Part shown: in pieces, positions 49,928-59,268 of the stretch
How positions within the stretch are numbered: position 1 is the stretch's first letter
Layout: each line of letters opens with the position of its first letter
Source: an uncultured Gammaproteobacteria bacterium
Lineage (GTDB): Bacteria; Patescibacteriota; Patescibacteriia; UBA9934
DNA length: 64,000 nucleotides
NCBI GenBank assembly: GCA_964599455.1
Contig: CAZREA010000001.1
Coordinates: 7,687-71,686, forward strand
Reading direction: 5' to 3'
Program-made: the position numbers and the translations under genes
Notes under the pieces: generated by a model
What the model saw: the letters and a program-made list of their open reading frames with translations, nothing else
What the model was told of the DNA's origin: nothing
The model's database searches: none

Positions 49928-51805
49928 CTTTCTACCTCCGACATTCGTCAAAAATATCTCGACTTTTTTGCCAAGCAAGGACACGCGGTTGTACCTTCGT
50001 CTTCCTTGGTTCCCGAAAATGATCCGACAACGCTTTTCACCGGTTCTGGTATGCAGCCGATGATTCAGTATTTGCTTGGTGCTCCGCATCCATTAGGCAC
50101 ACGTATTGCCGACAGTCAAAAATGTTTTCGTTCACAAGATATTGAGGAAGTCGGTGATAATCGTCACACCACCTTTTTTGAAATGCTCGGCAATTGGTCG
50201 CTGGGAGATTATTTTAAGAAAGAGCAAATTCCATGGATGTTTAAGTTTCTTATAGATATTGTGGGGCTTGATCCAAATAAGCTTTACATCACGTGTTTTA
50301 TTGGTGCGCCTCAATACGATATTCCGAAAGACACTGAGGCGGCTGAAATTTGGCAAAAGCTTTTTCGTGAAAAAAATATCGAAGCGCAGATTGCCGACAT
50401 TGGTTCGGAGGCCGATGGATATCAACGTGGCATAAAAGCAGGAGAACGCATCTTCTTTTACGATGGGAAGAAAAATTGGTGGAGTCGAAACGGTGGTCCT
50501 GAAACAACACCGATTGGTGATCCTTGTGGTCCGGATTCGGAAATGTTTTACGACTTCGGAACCGAACATAACTCCAAATACGGCGAACATTGTCATCCCA
50601 ATTGCGATTGCGGACGCTTCATGGAAATCGGCAATAACGTCTTCATGACGTATCGCAAACAAGATGAAGGTGTATTTGTTCCTTTACAAGCGCCAAATAT
50701 CGATCATGGTTCGGGCTTAGAGCGTATTGTTGCTGCAGCTCATCAAGATCCGGACGTGTTTAAACTTGATGTATTCATACAAGCTCGTGTTGCTATTGAA
50801 CGCGCTTCTGCAAAAACGTACGGAGCTAATGCAGACGAAACGTTTGCCTTTCGTGTCGTGCTCGATCATATTCGTGCCGCAACATTTTTAATGGCCGATG
50901 GCGTCATGCCGGCGAATAAAGATCAGGGCTATTACACACGTCGTCTTATTCGTCGTGCGGTGCGTTTTTCTCGAAAACTTGGTGTAGCAAATGCACTCGT
51001 TCGTGAAGTTTCTGATGCCTTTATTTCCACGTATCAAGACGCATATCCGAATCTTTTAGAAAAACGTGAGCAGATTTTGTCTGAAATGGAACGCGAAGAA
51101 GGGAAGTTTGCTAAAACCATCGAGCAAGGTTTGCGTGAAGTAAAAAAGATTTTCGATAAAACCGGAACATTTACCGGCAAAGATGCGTTTGATGTTTATC
51201 AGACATACGGATTTCCGTTAGAACTCACAACCGAAGAGTTGCAGCGTTCTCATAACATGGCCGTTGATGTTGAGGAATTCCGTGCAGAGTTTAAGAAACA
51301 TCAAGACTTGTCTCGTGCCGGTTCTGAGCAGAAGTTCGCCGGAGGCCTTGCTGATCATTCTGAAGAAACAACACAGCTGCATACCGCAACTCATTTGCTT
51401 CATCAGGCATTACGTGATGTACTGGGGTCTCACGTTGCGCAACGGGGAAGTAATATTACTGCTGATCGTTTGCGTTTCGACTTTAGCCATGGCGAAAAAA
51501 TGACGCCTGAGCAAATTGCTCGGGTTGAAGAAATCGTCAATGAACAAATTCACAAAGACATGCCCGTGCACTTTGCAATGCTGACCGTCGAGGAGGCTAA
51601 GGCTCGAGGTGCGATTGGGCTCTTTGAGGACAAGTATGCCCAGGTAGGCGATAAGATTAAGGTATACTTCATGGGTGATTATTCCAAAGAGATCTGCGGT
51701 GGTCCTCATGTGGAACATACCGGCCAGCTCGGAGGCATTAAGATTGTGAAAGAAGAGGCAGTGGCAGCGGGAATCCGAAGAATCAAGGCGGTATTGGGAG
51801 CTTAA
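49928..51805 (+). CDS. alaS: Alanine--tRNA ligase, truncated form (catalytic, tRNA-recognition and editing domains present; C-terminal C-Ala/oligomerisation domain absent)
   Basis: Class II motifs (FTGSGM, GNWSLGDYFK), editing-domain HxxxH...CGGPHV; ends about 250 aa short of canonical bacterial AlaS; start trimmed to MLSTSD. Confidence 0.9.
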   Translation, partial: LSTSDIRQKYLDFFAKQGHAVVPSSSLVPENDPTTLFTGSGMQPMIQYLLGAPHPLGTRIADSQKCFRSQDIEEVGDNRHTTFFEMLGNWSLGDYFKKEQIPWMFKFLIDIVGLDPNKLYITCFIGAPQYDIPKDTEAAEIWQKLFREKNIEAQIADIGSEADGYQRGIKAGERIFFYDGKKNWWSRNGGPETTPIGDPCGPDSEMFYDFGTEHNSKYGEHCHPNCDCGRFMEIGNNVFMTYRKQDEGVFVPLQAPNIDHGSGLERIVAAAHQDPDVFKLDVFIQARVAIERASAKTYGANADETFAFRVVLDHIRAATFLMADGVMPANKDQGYYTRRLIRRAVRFSRKLGVANALVREVSDAFISTYQDAYPNLLEKREQILSEMEREEGKFAKTIEQGLREVKKIFDKTGTFTGKDAFDVYQTYGFPLELTTEELQRSHNMAVDVEEFRAEFKKHQDLSRAGSEQKFAGGLADHSEETTQLHTATHLLHQALRDVLGSHVAQRGSNITADRLRFDFSHGEKMTPEQIARVEEIVNEQIHKDMPVHFAMLTVEEAKARGAIGLFEDKYAQVGDKIKVYFMGDYSKEICGGPHVEHTGQLGGIKIVKEEAVAAGIRRIKAVLGA

Positions 51806-51879
51806 TTTGACGGTTTTTCTTTAATCCTTTATTATTTTACCGCTTTCAGTTGAAGCTGAAACGCGTCCAAAACGCCATT

Positions 51880-52095
51880 ATGGCGGAAAAGCAATTTCTC
51901 GAAATGCGTGGTACTGTCCTTGAGGCACTGCCCGCTGGCGCGTTCCGCGTCAAATTGGAAAATGAGATGGTGATTACGGCATATCTTGCCGGCAAGCTCC
52001 GTCAGAATCGTATCCGGGTGATGCCCGGCGACGAGGTCAAGTGTGAGATTAGTCCATACGATCTCACCAAGGCACGAATCACGTTCCGGTTTTGA
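51880..52095 (+). CDS. infA: Translation initiation factor IF-1
   Basis: S1-like OB fold, [31 protein letters not shown]; start trimmed to MAEKQ. Confidence 0.85.
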   Translation: MAEKQFLEMRGTVLEALPAGAFRVKLENEMVITAYLAGKLRQNRIRVMPGDEVKCEISPYDLTKARITFRF

Positions 52096-52182
52096 ACCTT
52101 ACCCGTTCATTACCGAGCGGCATCTCGCGCTTGTGCAAAATCATCCGGTTTTTTGTGCCTGGGTGATTTTGTATAAAAAGGA

Positions 52183-52258
52183 CAGACCCCGACGCCAGGA
52201 GGGGCCTAGCAGACCCTTTTTGAAAGAATCCTTTAGATCCTTCCTGGCGTCAGGATCT
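52183..52258. repeat. Full-length palindromic MITE/REP-like element (CAGACCCCGACGCCAGGAGGGGCCTAG ... AGATCCTTCCTGGCGTCAGGATCTG) in the infA-rpmJ spacer
   Basis: Direct comparison with family copies. Confidence 0.75.
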
Positions 52259-52272
52259 GATCTATTCACTTT

Positions 52273-52386
52273 ATGAAAGTTCGCTCATCGGTTAAGAAAA
52301 TTTGTCGCGATTGCCAGGTGATTCGTCGCTTTGGTCGCGTTATGGTTACGTGCAAGACTCCTAAACATAAACAGCGTCAAGGTTAA
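52273..52386 (+). CDS. rpmJ: 50S ribosomal protein L36
   Basis: Manual translation [37 protein letters not shown] (Cys Zn-ribbon, classic L36); below the ORF-track length cutoff. Confidence 0.85.
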   Translation: MKVRSSVKKICRDCQVIRRFGRVMVTCKTPKHKQRQG

Positions 52387-52389
52387 TCT

Positions 52390-52776
52390 ATGGCTCGTAT
52401 TGCTGGAGTTACTCTCCCTTCGCAAAAGCGCATCATTGTTGCGCTGCAATATATTTATGGTGTGGGTATTACTCGTGCCAAACAAGTGCTTGCAAAAGCG
52501 AAGGTCGACGAAGAGATTCGCGTGAAAGATCTCACTGCGGATCAAGAAAATGCTATTCGTACGATCGTTGAAAAAGAATATCGTGTCGAAGGTGATTTGC
52601 GACGCGATGTGCTTTCAAATGTGAAGCGTTTAAAAGATATCGGTTCTTATCGAGGTTCTCGTCATACCAAGGGTTTGCCGGTACGTGGTCAGCGTACCAA
52701 GAGCAATTCTCGTACGGTACGCGGAAACGTTCGTAAGACTGCGGGTAGCGGTCGCCGTATGTTGACTAAGACCTAA
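52390..52776 (+). CDS. rpsM: 30S ribosomal protein S13
   Basis: MARIAGV...GVGITRA signature. Confidence 0.95.
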   Translation: MARIAGVTLPSQKRIIVALQYIYGVGITRAKQVLAKAKVDEEIRVKDLTADQENAIRTIVEKEYRVEGDLRRDVLSNVKRLKDIGSYRGSRHTKGLPVRGQRTKSNSRTVRGNVRKTAGSGRRMLTKT

Positions 52777-52780
52777 TGCT

Positions 52781-53272
52781 ATGACTGAAGAAACACTTCT
52801 CAACGACCAGCCGACGACCGCCGCCGTAACCACGGATGATGCTTCGTCTTCTGATAAAACAGCCAAGGTAGTCAAAAAGTCGGATAAAATCATGACTGCC
52901 AAGGGTAAAAAGCGCACGCTCAAACAGGTGCCTCAGGGTCGTGCGTACATCCATGCCAGCTATAACAACACCATCTTGTCGCTTACCGATCCCCATGGCA
53001 ATTTACTTGCGTGGGCATCGGCCGGAAACTGTGGTTTTAAAGGACCAAAGAAAGCTACTCCGTATGCTGCCAGTGTGGTGGTGAAAAAAGCTGCAGAAAA
53101 GGCTGCACAATACGGTTTAAAAGATATTCATGTTTTTGTGACAGGAATCGGCAATGGTCGCGATGGTGCGGTTCGTGCCTTGAATGCTAATGGCTTCAAT
53201 GTACTCACACTTAAAGATACCACTCCGGTTGCACATAACGGTTGCCGACCACGTCGCGCTCGCCGCGTGTAA
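52781..53272 (+). CDS. rpsK: 30S ribosomal protein S11 (with N-terminal extension; an alternative start about 52889 is possible)
   Basis: HIHASYNNTILSLTD...G core. Confidence 0.9.
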   Translation: MTEETLLNDQPTTAAVTTDDASSSDKTAKVVKKSDKIMTAKGKKRTLKQVPQGRAYIHASYNNTILSLTDPHGNLLAWASAGNCGFKGPKKATPYAASVVVKKAAEKAAQYGLKDIHVFVTGIGNGRDGAVRALNANGFNVLTLKDTTPVAHNGCRPRRARRV

Positions 53273-53291
53273 TTTACGGCTTTGATTCTCT

Positions 53292-53912
53292 ATGGGTAAA
53301 ACATTACAACCACTTGGAAAACTCAGCCGTCGCGAAGGCGTACCGCTGTCGGCTTCTACTAGTGTCTTAAAGGTCATGCAGCGTCGTGCCTACGCTCCTG
53401 GTCAACACGGCAGTCCAACTGCACGTGCACCAAAGGTGTCGGTTTACGGCAAACAGTTGCGTGAAAAGCAGAAAGCCAAACGTTTGTATGGCATTTTAGA
53501 ACGTCAATTTCGTAACTATTTCACCAAAGCTGCGGCAACACAAGGCAACACCGGTGAAAATCTTTGTCGTCTTTTGGAAACTCGCTTAGACAATGTTGTC
53601 TATCGTTTGGGCTTTGCCAAAACCCGTCCACAGGCTCGTCAAATGGTTAGCCATTGCATGTTCATGGTGAATGGAAAGACGGTGAATATTCCGTCGTATC
53701 ATGTACGGGTAGGCGATACTCTGGAAATCCGTTCAAACAAAAAAGAAAAGAAAGTTTTTTCTGATCTGGGTGATCGGTTAAAGGTTCATACGGTTCCTGG
53801 TTGGCTTCATCGGGAGGAGATGAAGGGAAAGGTAGTCAGCACTCCTGCTGGTGAAGATTTGAAGGAAGTATTCGATCCCACACTTATCGTCGAATTTTAT
53901 TCCATGCGTTAA
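53292..53912 (+). CDS. rpsD: 30S ribosomal protein S4
   Basis: S4 N-domain plus S4 RNA-binding domain (LETRLDNVVYRLGFA). Confidence 0.95.
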   Translation: MGKTLQPLGKLSRREGVPLSASTSVLKVMQRRAYAPGQHGSPTARAPKVSVYGKQLREKQKAKRLYGILERQFRNYFTKAAATQGNTGENLCRLLETRLDNVVYRLGFAKTRPQARQMVSHCMFMVNGKTVNIPSYHVRVGDTLEIRSNKKEKKVFSDLGDRLKVHTVPGWLHREEMKGKVVSTPAGEDLKEVFDPTLIVEFYSMR

Positions 53913-53936
53913 TTCGCATTATCTTAATCTTCTTTT

Positions 53937-54689
53937 ATGGAGACTATCTTTCTTCCATCAAAAATGCACTTCGCTACTGGTGCTCAGGAACACGAGTCAA
54001 TTCTGACCGTAGAACCTTTGCATCATGGCTACGGAACAACCATTGGTAATGCATTGCGTCGTGTGCTGCTTTCTTCTCTTCCTGGTGCTGCAGTTACAGC
54101 CATGAAGATTAAGGGTGTACAGCACGAGTTCCAGGCAGTATCGGGCATTAAGGAAGATGTGCTCGACATCATGCTCAATTTGAAAAAATTGCGTCTCAAA
54201 GTACATGCCGATGAAGCAGTTACGTTGAAACTTTCTGCCAAAGGCGCGGGTGTAGTAACGGCGAAAGCTTTTGAGAAAAATGCTGATGTAGAAATCATGA
54301 ATCCTGATTTGGAGTTAGCGACGATCACTGCCGCTAGCGGAACATTGGAAATGGAAATTGTTGTTTCTCGTGGTCGTGGCTACTTGCCTACCGAAGAGCG
54401 CGAAGAACCAACTACCGAAATCGGCATGATTGCTATTGATGCCATGTTCAGCCCTGTACGTGATGTCAGCCTTAAAGTTGAAAATACCCGTGTGGGCGAT
54501 ATCACGAACTACGATAAGCTCATCATGACGATTGTGACCGATGGCACCGTTACTCCGCAGGAAGCTGTTGAACAAGGAACAAAAATTCTTCTCAATCACT
54601 TCACGTGGATTCAGGGTCAACTTAATCACGCCTCACTTACTGAACAAATTGCTCGCGCAGCCGAGGAAGCGCCGAAGCTTGATGAATAA
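53937..54689 (+). CDS. rpoA: DNA-directed RNA polymerase subunit alpha, short form (N-terminal assembly domain; canonical C-terminal DNA-binding domain apparently absent)
   Basis: alpha-NTD motifs (GYGTTIGNALRRVLLSS); 250 aa versus about 330 in typical bacteria. Confidence 0.9.
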   Translation: METIFLPSKMHFATGAQEHESILTVEPLHHGYGTTIGNALRRVLLSSLPGAAVTAMKIKGVQHEFQAVSGIKEDVLDIMLNLKKLRLKVHADEAVTLKLSAKGAGVVTAKAFEKNADVEIMNPDLELATITAASGTLEMEIVVSRGRGYLPTEEREEPTTEIGMIAIDAMFSPVRDVSLKVENTRVGDITNYDKLIMTIVTDGTVTPQEAVEQGTKILLNHFTWIQGQLNHASLTEQIARAAEEAPKLDE

Positions 54690-54692
54690 TGT

Positions 54693-55043
54693 ATGCGTCA
54701 TCGTAATAAAAATAAGATTCTTAGCCGCAAACGACCTGCTCGCAAGGCATTGATTCGCGATTTGGTGACGGCTGCGATTGTATACGAGCGCATTGAAACG
54801 CCGCTTGTACGCGCCAAGGTTGCTCGTCAGCAATTGGAAAAGTTGATCACGGTTGCAAAGAATCCGTCGCTTGCTGCGCGTCGTCGCTTGTTGGCGTTTT
54901 TTACAACCGAACAACCGGTGAATAAATTATTGGAAGTAATCGGCCCTCGCTATCAAGAGCGCAAAGGCGGATATACTCGTTTGATTAAAATGGGTACCCG
55001 TCAAGGCGATGCTGCTGAAACGGCGATCATTGAACTTGTCTAG
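54693..55043 (+). CDS. rplQ: 50S ribosomal protein L17
   Basis: MRHRNKNKILSRKRPARKAL start typical of L17. Confidence 0.95.
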   Translation: MRHRNKNKILSRKRPARKALIRDLVTAAIVYERIETPLVRAKVARQQLEKLITVAKNPSLAARRRLLAFFTTEQPVNKLLEVIGPRYQERKGGYTRLIKMGTRQGDAAETAIIELV

Positions 55044-55046
55044 TTT

Positions 55047-55406
55047 ATGGCTTATACGATTAATCGAAAAACCTACGAAGTCGATGCGACGGGAAAAATT
55101 CTCGGCCGCTTGGCAAGTGATATTGCCAAACATTTGATAGGGAAGACCAACGCGAACTATCTTCCGCATGTCGATATGGGTGATGACGTAAAAGTGGCAA
55201 ATGTTGCCGCTATGCGTGTTACCGGCAAGAAATACGAGCAAAAGAAGTATTTTAAGCATTCCGGTCATCCGGGTGGTATTAAAGAAACCACCATGCGCAA
55301 AATGTGGGAGAAAGATCCCGCAAGTGTGTTGCGTGCTGCCGTTTCTCGCATGCTTCCTAAGAATAAACATCGTGATGCTCGTTTGCAGCGTCTCATTATT
55401 TCGTAA
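55047..55406 (+). CDS. rplM: 50S ribosomal protein L13
   Basis: L13 family conservation (IDA.G..LGRLAS.IA). Confidence 0.95.
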   Translation: MAYTINRKTYEVDATGKILGRLASDIAKHLIGKTNANYLPHVDMGDDVKVANVAAMRVTGKKYEQKKYFKHSGHPGGIKETTMRKMWEKDPASVLRAAVSRMLPKNKHRDARLQRLIIS

Positions 55407-55408
55407 GT

Positions 55409-55804
55409 ATGGCACAACAGTATTATCATGCCGTCGGCCGTCGTAAGACCGCTGTCGCACAAGCTCGCCTTTCTTTGGGTGGTAGTGGTAAAATCACGGT
55501 TAATGATCGTGCATTTGAAGATTATTTCACAACCGAAACACTTCGTCTTACGGTTTTGCGACCGTTGACCGAAGCCGGTAAAACTGAAGGTGCCGACGTC
55601 ACCCTGAAGGTGCTTGGTGGTGGGTTGATTGGTCAGGCTGATGCCGCACGTTTGGCTATTGCTCGTGCACTCTTAAAGACCGATGAAAACCTTAAGCCTG
55701 CTTTGAAAGCTCCTGGACTTCTTACGCGTGATCCTCGTAAGAAAGAACGCAAGAAGCCTGGTAAGCGTGGTGCACGTCGTTCACCGCAGTGGCGCAAGCG
55801 TTAA
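55409..55804 (+). CDS. rpsI: 30S ribosomal protein S9
   Basis: C-terminal GKRGARRSPQWRKR typical of S9. Confidence 0.95.
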   Translation: MAQQYYHAVGRRKTAVAQARLSLGGSGKITVNDRAFEDYFTTETLRLTVLRPLTEAGKTEGADVTLKVLGGGLIGQADAARLAIARALLKTDENLKPALKAPGLLTRDPRKKERKKPGKRGARRSPQWRKR

Positions 55805-55808
55805 AACT

Positions 55809-55824
55809 ACAGATTTACACAGAT
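55809..55824 (+). repeat. Third copy of the ACAGATTTACACAGAT motif, 5 nt after the rpsI stop (no inverted partner found)
   Basis: Exact 16/16 match to 21047-21062. Confidence 0.5.
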
Positions 55825-55852
55825 CAAAACGGATAGTACAGATACAAAAAAT

Positions 55853-55877
55853 CCTCTCAAAAACGAGAGGGTTTTTT
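55853..55877 (+). terminator. Rho-independent terminator of the ribosomal-protein operon (CCTCTC-AAAAAC-GAGAGG then GTTTTTT)
   Basis: Sequence inspection. Confidence 0.7.
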
Positions 55878-55902
55878 GCTTGTCGTTACATGTTTGAGCA
55901 CT

Positions 55903-57675
55903 CTATCGTTCAGTAAAGATGTCATCAAGGTAGGCTGGACGAGCAGGTTTGGTGTAAAGATCTTCAAGACCATGCTTTTTAGCAACAGCTCCGAGATTCA
56001 GCTTTCCTGAGTCTTGACCCTTCTTTATATCTTCAAGAAGGGAGGAGTACTTTTCGAAATCGGTGACGAGACGATCTTGTTCTGATACACCTCGGCTACG
56101 TCCTTTTGCTTTTTGACCTTCGTAACGTAATTTTGCGGCTTCTTCCTCGGTAAGACCTGATTCTCGTAAAATGGCATTTTTTATCAAGTTGCCTCGTTGT
56201 GTGGTGTATTTAATATCTGCAGCTTCGAGCATGTGTTTCGCGAGAGAACTTACCGTTTCATATCGCTTGAGATACTCCTGAGAGAAAACAGGATGGCTTG
56301 AGACCTCGTCAGCATTAAATACCGTGTCGGGTGTTGTGGTGGGTTGCTCAGTGCTCGGAGCATCGGGTGTTGCTGTGGCGGCATCGATTTTTGAGCTTGT
56401 TTGTTCGATGGTAGATGATTGCGCTTGCTTTTCAAGAGCCACCCAGCTGTCTATGAGTTTTGTGGCACGTGAAAGTTTGAGCTCTTGTCCGATTTGCAAC
56501 GCATTAGGATTATCAAGATCGCTTTCACGTACGATAGAGCTCATAAGTCTTTCGAAGCGATCGCTGTTCGAGACCAAGCCCGCATCCTGCATCATGTCAA
56601 AGGTGATAGAGGTAAGCGTTTCGCCCTTTTCTACGGTATGTGTAAGGGACGCGGCATAAGTTTTTTCTAACTCAGCCGAAGGAGATTCAATCCCTCCTCC
56701 TATTTTACGGACTTCTCGAGACTTTGGAGTTGTTTTCTTCTCTGGACCGGATGCTTTTTCGGGAGAAGCCTCTTCGGTACGTTCTTTTTGAGCGGATGAA
56801 TCTTTATAATGATCGACTGCTAGCGTTGCAAGACCAAAAAAAGCGGCGGTTGCGAAGAGCGCGTTTCTTATTCTTCTGATAGAGCGCCCCATGAACGTTT
56901 GAGCTTCGGGTTTTGGTGCGGGTATTGATACTGTTGTGGCTGAAGAAGTAATCGGTGGCGTATCTCCCTTACTGTTTTTCGGGGTTTTTGGAGTTTCGTT
57001 GACCGGTTTTATTTTATGATTTTGCTTAAGAATATTTGAGATTTTTCGTAGCTCGCTTGCGGGCGTTTCTGATAATCTTTTATGAACTTCCTCTAACCAT
57101 TCCGTGACAAAGATCTTCTCTGCTGACAAGGATCTTCGTTCCATTTGACAAATCTTTTCCCTGATGAATCCCTTTGTCAATTCAGGATCCCCACTTTCTA
57201 ATATTTGGGACAGATTCTCAAGAGTAGTTCGTACGATGGGTACGAGATCGTTGTCATTGGGAAGTAATTCGCCATCTTTTCTTAATCGTCTATTTGGAGG
57301 AACGCATATTTCATCAGCCTGCATGCTTAAAAGATTGGTGAGATTTTCGTTTGCTAATGGTGATTCACGTTTTTGCCCCTTTTCTGCCTTTGAAGAAATA
57401 TTTTTTGCGGGTGCATGATCCTGTCTAACTTCTCCTGACAGAGACGGAATTATTCTAATAGGTGCGCTCTCCACATCTAATGGTGGCGCAGAATCTTGAT
57501 CACGAGTTTCTTCCCCTGCCGCTTCTTCTTCGGCAGTTCTATGCTCAGCTCCTCCTTCTGTTATTCGGAGTATAGTTGGGGATGATTTTGGAGCATTGTT
57601 CTCTATCGTATGTCGTGTAAGGGCTCTTAGATTTGGTTCTCTACCGAATTCAGAACCGGATGTTTCTTTTGTCAT
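55903..57675 (-). CDS. Hypothetical membrane protein with possible LysM-like peptidoglycan-binding segment and low-complexity Ser/Pro/Glu-rich regions
   Basis: ORF track; TM helix (FATAAFFGLATLAV); VEKGETLTSITFD...LQIGQELKL resembles LysM. Confidence 0.45.
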   Translation of the reverse strand: MTKETSGSEFGREPNLRALTRHTIENNAPKSSPTILRITEGGAEHRTAEEEAAGEETRDQDSAPPLDVESAPIRIIPSLSGEVRQDHAPAKNISSKAEKGQKRESPLANENLTNLLSMQADEICVPPNRRLRKDGELLPNDNDLVPIVRTTLENLSQILESGDPELTKGFIREKICQMERRSLSAEKIFVTEWLEEVHKRLSETPASELRKISNILKQNHKIKPVNETPKTPKNSKGDTPPITSSATTVSIPAPKPEAQTFMGRSIRRIRNALFATAAFFGLATLAVDHYKDSSAQKERTEEASPEKASGPEKKTTPKSREVRKIGGGIESPSAELEKTYAASLTHTVEKGETLTSITFDMMQDAGLVSNSDRFERLMSSIVRESDLDNPNALQIGQELKLSRATKLIDSWVALEKQAQSSTIEQTSSKIDAATATPDAPSTEQPTTTPDTVFNADEVSSHPVFSQEYLKRYETVSSLAKHMLEAADIKYTTQRGNLIKNAILRESGLTEEEAAKLRYEGQKAKGRSRGVSEQDRLVTDFEKYSSLLEDIKKGQDSGKLNLGAVAKKHGLEDLYTKPARPAYLDDIFTER

Positions 57676-57786
57676 ATATTACTTATATTTTAGCATGTAT
57701 GCATTGTGTCTTTTTTAAAAAATGTACTTTATCCACATTGAGAAGCGGGGATGGCAAGGAGGTTATTTTTAAGGTATCCTCTTTGC

Positions 57787-59268
57787 ATGTCTCTTTTGGC
57801 AAAAAATACGTTTCTCCTGACTATCGCATCGGTGGGGCAGAAGGCGATCTCTTTTCTTTATTTTGCCTTTGTTGCTCGAATGTTGGGTGATGAAACGTTG
57901 TTAGGATCGTATTTTTTGGCGTTGGCGTTGGTGACGACGATCGGTGTTCTTGACGACTTGGGCATGACCTCGGTACTGATTCGAGAGGTTGCCAAAAAGC
58001 CAGCTCAGGCAGCAGAGTTTTTAAAAAATGTGTTAGGCTGGAAGCTTTTTTTTGCTCCCATAGCCGTCATGGCAGCTTTTTTTGCTCCTACATTGTTAGG
58101 ATTTTCGGCCGAAACAACGGGTTTAGTTCAGGTTGCGATTGGTGTCATGTTGGCTGATACGTTGTCGTTGACGTTTTATGGGGTGTTGCGAGGATTGCAA
58201 AATCTTCGTTATGAAGCCATTGGGGTTTGTGTAGGACAGGTGTTGACGACCATTGTAGGAACTCTTGCGCTAGTGTTTGCCTCCGGTGATTTACGCTATC
58301 TTATTTTGGCATTGTTGATGGGGAGTGTGTGGAATGCGGTATTTTCTGGTTGGCAAGTGGTGCATCGATTAGGAAGGAGTGCATTGGTGCCAACGTGGAC
58401 AGCGGGAGTCACTCCACTGCGTATGGCCAGCATGTTTTTCTTGGCAGGTGTCTTCGTAAAAATTTATTCATACGTTGATTCATTTACTATTCGGCATTTT
58501 TTAGGAGAGGGAGCGGTGGGAGTTTATAGTGTTGCGTATAAATTGACCTATGCCTTTCAATTTTTGCCGTTGGCATTTGTCGGCGCGCTCTATCCCACCA
58601 TGAGTGCCGCTATGCATGATCGCGTTCAGGTGAAAAAGATCTTTTTGCAAAGCGAGTGGTACCTGGCAATGTTAGCTGCACCAATTATTTTTGGATTAAT
58701 CGCCCTTGCTCCTGAAATAGTGCATTTGGTGTATACCGAACGGTATGCAGCTGCGGTTCCAGCATTGCAATTTTTATTGATTGGGTTGTGGTTTATCTTT
58801 TTAGATTTTCCCATTGGTTCAACACTCAATGCAGCACATCAGCAACATGTAAAAACGGGTATCATGGGTGCAACCATGATCATAAATATTTTGGCAAATC
58901 TTACACTGATTCCTATTTTTGGTATTTCTGGTGCCGGTATATCGGCCATTATTACGTTTATTTTCATGTTTACGATCGGATTTTATTTCTTGCAACGCGT
59001 CATCTCTGTGAAGATCGGAGAGTGGTGGAAGACAGTTGGAGGTATCACCTTGGCAGGTTTGTGTATGTTGATGAGCGTTTCAGGACTTAAATGGCTTTTT
59101 TCAGGAATACATCCTTTGGCGTGGCTTGCGACCATTCCTTTAGGCGCAGGCATCTTCTTTTTCTGTGGATATATGTTTGGAGGGATCACTGCTGAACATG
59201 TTAAAGCGGCAACAACGTTAATAAAAGGCAAGAAAACGTATGGTCAAGATCCTGTTGCCAACGAATGA
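57787..59268 (+). CDS. Polysaccharide/oligosaccharide-unit flippase (Wzx/RfbX-like, MOP superfamily)
   Basis: About 14 TM helices; polysacc_synt-like N-terminal pattern; glycan-locus context. Confidence 0.75.
   Translation: MSLLAKNTFLLTIASVGQKAISFLYFAFVARMLGDETLLGSYFLALALVTTIGVLDDLGMTSVLIREVAKKPAQAAEFLKNVLGWKLFFAPIAVMAAFFAPTLLGFSAETTGLVQVAIGVMLADTLSLTFYGVLRGLQNLRYEAIGVCVGQVLTTIVGTLALVFASGDLRYLILALLMGSVWNAVFSGWQVVHRLGRSALVPTWTAGVTPLRMASMFFLAGVFVKIYSYVDSFTIRHFLGEGAVGVYSVAYKLTYAFQFLPLAFVGALYPTMSAAMHDRVQVKKIFLQSEWYLAMLAAPIIFGLIALAPEIVHLVYTERYAAAVPALQFLLIGLWFIFLDFPIGSTLNAAHQQHVKTGIMGATMIINILANLTLIPIFGISGAGISAIITFIFMFTIGFYFLQRVISVKIGEWWKTVGGITLAGLCMLMSVSGLKWLFSGIHPLAWLATIPLGAGIFFFCGYMFGGITAEHVKAATTLIKGKKTYGQDPVANE

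Noticed and set aside
49400-49930. Possible T-box riboswitch in the long alaS leader
   Set aside because: I looked for the T-box consensus (AATTAGGGTGGNACCGCG-like) and a specifier/antiterminator arrangement. Only a weak GGTGGCAGCC fragment was found. The evidence is not sufficient, and only the hairpin and uORF are reported.
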